The translations under genes were made by a program, and so were the position numbers. Below, in pieces: positions 42,742-52,000 of a stretch of 64,000 nucleotides of DNA. The notes below the pieces were generated by a model, which made no database searches, was not told the origin of the DNA, and worked only from the letters and a program-made list of their open reading frames with translations. Source of the DNA: an uncultured Spirochaetota bacterium (GTDB lineage: Bacteria; Spirochaetota; Brevinematia; Brevinematales; JAOACQ01); contig CAVYGN010000002.1 of the NCBI GenBank assembly GCA_963768055.1, positions 1,664,001-1,728,000 on the forward strand, given 5' to 3'. How positions within the stretch are numbered: the first letter of the stretch is position 1; each line of letters opens with the position of its first letter.

Positions 42742-45700
42742 TGTGGTGGACGAAATTTCACCTTAAAAAACCCATATCATCGATCCTGTTATACAGCATC
42801 ATAATTATGCTTGGCACATTCTGTATACCTCAGCTCAAGTTTACCGTATCCGGGGAGGTTTATTCACCGGTTATAAGCATAAAAACAGAATATTTCGGCA
42901 TGGACAGCAAATATATAGAAAAAAACATTACCATTCCAATTGAAAATGCCGTTTCATCGATCAAGGGTATAAAAAATATTTCATCCGTTTCCGAGGACGG
43001 TCAATCTATCATAATCCTTACCATGAACCCGTCTAGACCGATCAAAATTGCAACCCTTGAGATAAAATCCGCAGTAGATACCGTCAGGGATAAGTTTCCT
43101 GAAGACGTCCAGGAACCTGTAATATCGCATTACGACCCTTCACAAACGCCCGTCATGATCCTCTCCTTTTATTCAGACAGCATACCTCTAAAGGAAGTCA
43201 GAAGGACTGTCGAGGAAAAAGTGAAACCATCGGTCCAGAAAGTTGACGGAGTTGTCGAATGCATAGTTACGGGGGGAGAGCAAAGCGAGATAGCCGTTTT
43301 TGTAAATACAGGCCCGCTTTATAACAGCGGCCTTCAATTAAGGGATATTAGCAGGGGTATACAGCAGAATAATATCAGCAGCTACCTTGGGGATATAAAT
43401 CGGAACGATCTCTCAATGCCGGTTTTTTCCGAGGGCAAATACGAATCATATTATTCTATCGATAAAATTGCGGTTATGGAAAGTGCGACAAACGAATCTG
43501 TTTTTCAGCAGCTTGGAAAAATTGCTACTGTTGAGAATTATCATAAGAGAATAGACAATATTTCCAGGATCAACGGGAAGGAAAGGGTATCTCTTTATAT
43601 CCAGAAGCAGAGCGACGGAAACATTCTGAAAATTTGCAGCGGCATCAGGGACGTTGTCAAGGGTTTCGATTTTAAGAGTATTTCATCGGAAATTGATTTC
43701 GACAAATCGGAAGAAATTTCCGAAGCGTTGAATAACCTTATTTTTTCAATCCTCCTGGGAATCGGCCTTTTATTTATTATAATTACTGTTTTTATCGGCG
43801 GATATGAAAGAGGACTTGCAGCTGTAATTCCTTTGCCGGTTTCTATAGCCGTAACGCTGTTAATTGCTAATATTTTCAAGATTGAGCTGAACAGTATTAT
43901 TATGAGCGGAATAGCTCTAGGGTGCGGACTTCTTGTCAGCGACGGTATTATTATTGTCGAATTTCTGAGTAAAACAAATCCAAAAAATATGAACAGTCAT
44001 ATTTTAAGGAATATTAAATTACTTTTTCCGCCTCTGACGGCTGCGCTTTTTACTACTATCTGCGTATTCATACCTATAATATCCTCAAGCCCTGAAATCC
44101 GTTCGCTGTATACCGGATTTTCTATTATTATTACAATAATGCTTATAGTATCTCTTTTTCTATCGACAGGCATTGTTCCCGTATCGTATCGATTGGCGGT
44201 ACCGGGGATTGGGAATGCAGATGGAAAAAGGACAAATGTCAAAGCAGCGCTGATAAAATTCGAATATTTTTATATAAAACTTCTTAAAGCCTTTTCAAAA
44301 CATAAAAAATTTTTTTTCGGATTGACAATATTCTTGACCCTTTTTTCTATAACCGCTGTTTTTCTCAGGGGTAAAAGCCTGTCTTCATCGGATGTAATAA
44401 AAGAGGTTTACGCCTACATTGAGCCGGCTGCAGGCACAAGCATAGAGGCAACCGACGATCTTGCAAAGCAGGCTGAAGATATTTTTATAAAACAGGAAGA
44501 AATAAAAAAAGTGATAACGAAGGTTGAAAAAGCCCATTCTGAAATAATCCTTAAGTTAAAAAGAGAATGGCGTGAAAAAGAACTGGAAAAACAGATAGCT
44601 TCCTGGAAAAATGCTCTATCCGCAGTGAACGCATTCATATACTTTACTTACGGCGAATCGGACAATAACAATTCAGAGATCAATATAATGTTCATAGGAG
44701 ATGATATTGCAAGCATAAAGGAAATCAGTAAGCAAGCGGCAAGAAAAATTTTTACGTTGCCTTATTTTTCAGAAGTGCTGCTCCGTTACAAGGACGATTC
44801 GCCTGTATATATTCTCACACCTGATTTAAATAAGATCCAGATATCGGGCTTAAGCTTAAAAGAAATATCAGATGAAGCAAGAACATATTTATACGGGATT
44901 ATTTCGTCCAAATTAAATCCTGAAAATCAGGGTATGATGGATATAAGGGTAGCATCAATGATTTCAAGGGATAATAAAGTCCTGATGGACGATTTTTTAA
45001 ATATTGTTATCAGGAACGGCGAGGGGGGCCTTATACCAATCCGGGAATTATTTTCAGTCACAAAAGCGACAACATCGTCTAAGATTTACCGCTACAATAA
45101 ACGAAGGAACTTTTCAATCACCGCAAGACTTAAAGCCGGAATTAACCTCAGTACCGGTATAAATGCGATTAAAACATGCCTCGACCCCTTTCAAATGCCT
45201 GAAGGCTACTACTGGCAGTTCGACGAGAAATATGAAGCGCTTTCAAAAAATACAAATTCAATGCTCATAGCGGTAATTGCAGCCATATATCTTACCTTTG
45301 TTACTTTAGTGATATGCTACGAAGGTTTTAGAAAAGCTTTTATGACAATCCCCGTCATTCTTCTCTCTTTTATAGGCATAGCCCCGGCTCTATCAATTCT
45401 TGGCATAAATCTTTCAACTCCTGTTTATATCGGCATCATCCTTCTTTCAGGAACGACTGTAAAAAACAGCGTGCTTTTACTTTCAAATATAAAAAATCAT
45501 GAAAATTCCGTACAAATATTTCATAAATGCAGGAAAAGCCTGAATTCGATATGTCTTACGACGCTTGCAACGATTATAGGGCTTATTCCTCTGATTTTTA
45601 CCGGCGGGAACGGGCAGTATATCTGGAAACCGTTTGCGATCACAGTAGTATCGGGGCTTATAAGTTCGACAGTATTATGCCTTATAATTGTGCCGCTCCT

Positions 45701-45749
45701 TGCCGAAAATACCTATAAATCTTTAATTCCAAAACCAAAACAAATTTAA
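42738..45749 (+). CDS. RND permease subunit 2 (divergent)
   Basis: AcrB-like layout (ITIPIENAV, RINGKERV, WKPFAITVVSGL); ATGA-coupled to subunit 1. Confidence 0.9.
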   Translation: MMWWTKFHLKKPISSILLYSIIIMLGTFCIPQLKFTVSGEVYSPVISIKTEYFGMDSKYIEKNITIPIENAVSSIKGIKNISSVSEDGQSIIILTMNPSRPIKIATLEIKSAVDTVRDKFPEDVQEPVISHYDPSQTPVMILSFYSDSIPLKEVRRTVEEKVKPSVQKVDGVVECIVTGGEQSEIAVFVNTGPLYNSGLQLRDISRGIQQNNISSYLGDINRNDLSMPVFSEGKYESYYSIDKIAVMESATNESVFQQLGKIATVENYHKRIDNISRINGKERVSLYIQKQSDGNILKICSGIRDVVKGFDFKSISSEIDFDKSEEISEALNNLIFSILLGIGLLFIIITVFIGGYERGLAAVIPLPVSIAVTLLIANIFKIELNSIIMSGIALGCGLLVSDGIIIVEFLSKTNPKNMNSHILRNIKLLFPPLTAALFTTICVFIPIISSSPEIRSLYTGFSIIITIMLIVSLFLSTGIVPVSYRLAVPGIGNADGKRTNVKAALIKFEYFYIKLLKAFSKHKKFFFGLTIFLTLFSITAVFLRGKSLSSSDVIKEVYAYIEPAAGTSIEATDDLAKQAEDIFIKQEEIKKVITKVEKAHSEIILKLKREWREKELEKQIASWKNALSAVNAFIYFTYGESDNNNSEINIMFIGDDIASIKEISKQAARKIFTLPYFSEVLLRYKDDSPVYILTPDLNKIQISGLSLKEISDEARTYLYGIISSKLNPENQGMMDIRVASMISRDNKVLMDDFLNIVIRNGEGGLIPIRELFSVTKATTSSKIYRYNKRRNFSITARLKAGINLSTGINAIKTCLDPFQMPEGYYWQFDEKYEALSKNTNSMLIAVIAAIYLTFVTLVICYEGFRKAFMTIPVILLSFIGIAPALSILGINLSTPVYIGIILLSGTTVKNSVLLLSNIKNHENSVQIFHKCRKSLNSICLTTLATIIGLIPLIFTGGNGQYIWKPFAITVVSGLISSTVLCLIIVPLLAENTYKSLIPKPKQI

Positions 45750-45772
45750 TTAGGTAGGAATTAAAATATTTT

Positions 45773-45915
45773 AAGGCAAAAAAGTACTCAAGAGCTAAAA
45801 AAAGGTACCCGAGTACTATTGACTATCTGTGATCATATTTTATATAATTTACGCCATTAAAAAATCATTTTAATGGTGAATTTAGTAAGAAAGCTGAGGT
45901 AAGATACTTCTGAAT
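45773..45915 (+). promoter_or_regulatory. Duplicated promoter, copy 2 (giant protein gene)
   Basis: Same GTAC boxes, TTGACT(45819)-N18-TATAAT(45843) and downstream TGAGGTAAGA block as copy 1. Confidence 0.8.
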
Positions 45916-46026
45916 GTTTGAATGCAAGCTTGACAAATTATTTTATTTCTTGTACGATTTTGTTAAAAATATAACAATTTAAAATATACCTAGAAATAAT
46001 TATAATTATCCGGTCTCGAGGTATTT

Positions 46027-49000
46027 ATGAAAATTAAAGGTTTATTAAATGAAAAATGGGGAATATTACTGTCTTTATACCTTGCGATTATCTTTTCATT
46101 TATCCCCGGCATCCTTAGACCACAAGAAAAATTCAACAGTTTCGACAATAAGGAGATGCAAAGCGAGCTTATATACGGCGATAATATAAAAAACGATGCG
46201 GACTGGCAGAACTATTCAAAGGGTGTAGAGCAGAAATTAGAAGGGGATTGGGAAACTTCCGCTTTAAATGAACTTATGCAACAGCTTGGTTTGACTGAAC
46301 ATGAGGCAATGTCCAATTCCGATTTTATAACCGCTAAAACGAACTGGGAAGCCCAGGCAAGCAATGTCATCCAGCAGATGTACGGATCGTGGCTGGCGCA
46401 AAACAAATGGAATTATGCGGTAAACGGGAGCGCAATAAGACAGTTTATAGTTCAGTATGTATGGGAAGATCAGAACGATACATCGAATATAACCGCAAAC
46501 ATATTAAGTATGCAGACCAATGTGGATGCGGAATGGTCGAATTACCTTATCTGTTACCAGGCCGGCCTCAGCGATTATCTTAATTACCTCGAAACGAATA
46601 CTCAGAATATATCATCAACCGCTATGGAGAATTATTTAGATGCTATCCAGGCTACAGCCAAGGCGCAGATGGCGGCGGCTTCCGATATAGGAAGCGAATT
46701 TATCGCACTGGAAGAAGGACAGTATATAAAATATATGGCAAGTTTTCTCGCCTACCAGCAATTCATATCCAATAACTCCCTTATAACGAACGGATTGCAA
46801 TTATCGAATAATATGGTTTCGTACATTAGCAATGCTGCGGATGCGGCAAGCAATGTAAACAGTCCTCTGACAATAGCGGAAAACGTCATACAATCCATGG
46901 ACAGCAACGAAGCCGAGATAGCCGGGCTTCTGGCAATGCCGACAAATTTCACCGATTCACCGGCAGTCGGGATAAGCGAGTGGAAAAGCATGGTCGAACA
47001 GGACTACACGGCCGGCATAAGCGAATGGGACGCGGCGATCGCGAACCTCAGCAACAGCATGATCATTTGGGAAAATAACGCTGAAAACGGATATACGAAC
47101 GGGCTCACGGAATGGGAGAATTCATACTTTATGTTAATCAGCGCCGAAATGGATTTCCAGTCCAATGTCACAGCCGACCTGACCAACAGCGAAGCCGTCT
47201 GGGGCTCGAACATCAGCGCCCAGTATGACAGCCTTAACCTCATGATAGGCACAATGACAAACCTTACGGCCCGGAATATCGATAATTTCAACAGCTACGA
47301 AAGCGGCCTGATGAATGTCCTGGTAAACGGCTCTTACGCGCTTAATGAACTGAATAAGAGCCTCGATTGGATCTCAAATACATTGAGCGTCGATGAAATT
47401 TCGAATAATTACTATTCAAATTTATACGCATCGGACATGGCTAAATCGAATCTTGATGAAAGCGAGCTAAGTTCTTCGAATACTCTTCTATCGCTATTCA
47501 ATAATTGCCAGTCCATTCTCGAACCTCTCATGGTCCTGACCGGCACCAACCGTTATTTCCAGGGAGGGGAAGGAGGAGTTGAAGCTGTTCCTGCTTACAG
47601 CGCTTCAACTAATATCGACGGTTATACCCTGACTTACAGCGGCGATAGTTATAATAATTCTTATACGGTGAACGGCAACGAAATTTATTACACCGCAAAC
47701 GGCTTTTCGTTTGAAAACAGCGAACCCGTCATGATTATAAAGTCATACATCAATAGTATTCAAAGCGATCTTAATTCAATTCAAAATGCAATACAAACCA
47801 ACAAATGGTATTATCGTCACTACTCGTCTGAAATTGGTTCCCTGAACAATGTCCTGGGAGAATGCGGGACAAATCTCGGCGCCGTGATCGGCAATGCGGC
47901 CGCCGACCTGAATTCCGAATTATATTCCGGCGATCCCGGAGCGGGAGTTCTCGCAAACGCGCTATCCAACACCGCGGATATTTACCTAATGAACAGCGCG
48001 GAAATGGATTACGCGTCCCAGCAGGACCAGGTTAACTACCTTAAACAGAACCTGGGGATAGCGCAGGCGGTCATGGATTACGCCGTTTCAAACTCCGGCG
48101 GAGGCGATATACTCAGCGCATCGAATACTTACGAAGCTGCGGTTTCGAATTATGACGTATCGACGAACGAACTTGAGGCGGAACAGGCTGCCGCCGATAG
48201 CGCTGACGTTGCAATGACAAACTATATGGAAAATATAAACGCGGCCCAGACGAATATGATCGCGGACCAGAGCAATTGCGGTATTGCACAATCCAATTAT
48301 AACGCATTCGTGACCATCCAAACAAATTTGGATTACTTTACAAGCAAGGAATATTCAAACCTTATTAATTCAAATGAAAACGCTCAGAACATTTTGTCGA
48401 ATGATTCCATTGCATATTATAGCTGCCTTGCATATTATACCGGCCTTGTCAAGGATTACTACAACGCGCTGGAGCAGGAATCGTTTACGAACAGCCTGGC
48501 CATGTCGAATTATATAACGGTAAGGGAGGACCTCGGAATTCTCGAGTGGGCCCTTATGCCGGGGATGCTCGGGATAGATAATACTTCGAACGCCTATGTA
48601 TCGGTTGCGAACTACATTAATCCGGTTTCGGATTATTCCAACGCCCTGCAGCTTTACGACACTGCGGAGAACGGGCTGGCCCGGACAAGCAATCTCATAA
48701 TAGCGGAAGAAACTCTTCCGGCAAACATGCAATCCGAGGTTAACAATTTCATCGGCGACTACAGCGATTATAGTAAACTGATGAATTTTGCCCAATCATT
48801 TATGAACCAGGAGCAGACGGTATATCAGTCGCTTGAAGGTGCTAAAAGTACTTATGATCGTGATGCTACGAATTCTTTCGGACTGTCTGCTGACGATATA
48901 GCCAGCGATCCGGTATATGCCGATGTTGTTAAGAAGATGAGCGCGGGTGCCTATACGCCTGCCGATATTATTACTATGCTTAACAACGAGATAGGCGTAA

Positions 49001-52000
49001 CCGGGGCTAACAGCGATATTTCACAGGATGAGCTTAATATAACACGCACCACAATATTGGACGATTTTTATAAGTATGTTAATACTCCTGAAGAAAGCCT
49101 TTATGAACTCGCTTTCGGGATAAGGTCCTACGATTATTTTACGAATATAGCGGGCGCGAATCTTACGGCGTTCGACAACCTCGTACACACGACTTTTCTT
49201 TCCGGCCGCGTCGATAATTCCCTGCTCAACCCCGGAGCATACGTCGACGTCCAGGGATATATAGACGGGCTTACGGCCCTTCTGTCAACCCCCGGACTCG
49301 ATCCGAATATGTCGAATGTTATCAATAACCTCGCTAATGTTCTTGCTCCCGAAGGCTCCTATTTCCAGCTTAGCAGGGGGTATATTCCTGCCATAACCAA
49401 TGTAAATATAACCCCGGCGAACACAAATTGGCCTCAGGAGGCGCCTCAGCCCATCATTACACCAGCCGTGACTAATATCACGATATCCCGACTCGGCGGA
49501 TATTATGCAGACGATACCTTCTATAATGTCAACACTAACAACGGGCGTGAGAAGATATCCGATTTATTCAAAGGCTTTATCGAAACAAACAATTCTGTTA
49601 CATATTCATGGGCGACAGTGAATCCCAATAATTACTTTGATTACAACGGCTATTATGGGAACTGGTCATATTATAATTCAGTGCTGCTGGGAATCGAGAA
49701 AAATGAAGAAACGACAATTGTAATGCCCCTGATGTCAACAATGACTAATAACCTGGCCGGAGTAATGTCGGACTGGAACGATTATTCGAACAAGAACGCC
49801 GGGTTCGCGCAGTACACTGTTTCCGGCATGGGACATTTCGTCAATTCTTCAGGGGGCATAGATGTAACAGCCGGCAATAACGGTTTTCTAAAATCGTTCA
49901 AGAACTCGCTCTCCCGGGTTTCGAATTTTTCAATCGCTCAATCCTGGCTGGCAAATACCGGCGTTTTTAATGCCGAAGAGGCTTATATAGCGGATAACCT
50001 TAGCCTGGGCAATGCCGGGACAAACGACATCGGAAGGATACTTGAAGTGTTTGAAAACGCTTTTAAGTTATATATAAATTCGGAACAATCCAATATTCAG
50101 AACGATCCCGCGTTTACAACAAACAATGACATGAAGTTATTTATTACAACTATGCTCAGCGGCGCATATTCCAACGCGGTATTCAGAGCTTCGGATGAGG
50201 CTCAACCATCATTCGTAGACGCTGCCGAGAATGCCGGCAGCCTAGCCCCGGAGGCTTTCGACATAGCCTTCCAGCAGCAGGAAACCCTGCAGGTCGATAA
50301 GTGGGCGTATATATTAACAAATATGCAGGACCAGGCGAATAGTGAAGCCGAAATGTGGGTCAATATATACAGCGCCGGAACAGAGCAGTGGAACGGGGTA
50401 ATTAACCAGTACACCAATGCAATGAGCGATTGGCAAAGCTCTTATCTGCAGGCCTGGAACAACGGGAACCAGGAATGGAACGATCAGATGAACGGCCTTA
50501 CCGGGGATAAAGCGGCTTGGATGAATGAAGCGATAAATGCTGTAAGCAACGGAAGTTCCGATTATATTCTGGACCAGCTTATGCAGTCAATCGACCAGAG
50601 GACATCGCAGTTCTTAAGCGGAGGCCTTCCTGAAGACGTCGCTTCGGCGGTCAAGAACGAGGCTTTAGACCTGGAAAACGAATTGATGCCGAAAACAAGC
50701 GAAGAATACCTGTCGTTTTTCAATAACGCGGTATCGCAGTCGAGGGAGACGGATGTAAAATTCGTACTTGACGGCATAGCCGGATATACCGGAAACGATA
50801 ACGAAACCCTCGCCCAGTTCAATAACGATATGACGGCTTTCAAGAACAGCCAGCTCGCCATAGAAGCCATAAAAATGAGGGATCAATTCGTTACCACAAT
50901 ACAGCAGTATGTCGACCAGATGAATAATACATTGGCAAGCGACGACCAGAACGAGCGGAGCAGCGAATTCTACCCGATGATCTCGGCAAAGGGCTGGACG
51001 CTCGACGGAAGCGACTGGGTCAAGAGGGGCGTGATCGTACATTCCACAATGCTCGGCGGAAACCAGCTGGAGGACTTTTCATTTGCGGATTACCAGAGTT
51101 TTACAAACCGGCTCAATTTCATAAACTACGCACCAAGCAACGTAATATCGGAGATCAACGGCGAGCAGACGGAGTACAACCTGCTCTTAGCTATGGAGGA
51201 AAGCGATATACAGGGCGATATGAGCAATACCATGGACGCTTTCGATAAACATATAGGCTCGTCGTATACGTATACGTCGAAGCCGGACATATACTCCGAC
51301 GGTACATACGACAGCCAGGGCGAACTGTACAGGACCTCATGGGCCACGACATATTACGGATACCTGCAGACGGAAGGATTGTCGGAGTCCGAAAAACCCT
51401 TCTGGGACCAAAACCTGGCCCCGGGGATAGACATATCGTTCTATTCGCTGAACGAGATCGGTCTTGCAATCGCACTTAACTTTATACCGGGTATGGGAAC
51501 TGTTGCATCAGCAGCTATATTAGCGGGCATGGCCATGACGCATGATATTGTGGATGCCGCCGCAGAACTGGGGACCGTGAACCAGGTATCCAACAGCCAG
51601 CTTGGAATAGACCTCCTCAAGGACACCATAAGCGGCGTGACAACTATGGCTACGGCGGGAATAGGTTCGGCCGCCCTCGGCGTTGTTGGAAGCGCGGTAC
51701 TTTCCACCGGCGTGCAGGACCTGAGCGGCCTGGCCGAGGAAGGACTTCACGTCAATTCGAGCGGAGATATTGATTGGAGCATGACCTCCTCGCAGTGGGG
51801 AAGCTGGGGAATGTCAAGCCTCGGTGACCTCGCAGGATCAGTCGCGGGGGCGGGGCTGGGCTCGGCGTTCGGAGGATTTGCCCAGGATGCGACCGGATTC
51901 ATGGGAGACGACCTCAGCAGCGCGTTCGGAAACGGAATACAGAATTTTACCACGTCATTCTTCACCAACACCTTCTCGACCCTCGGAAGCAATCTTGGCG

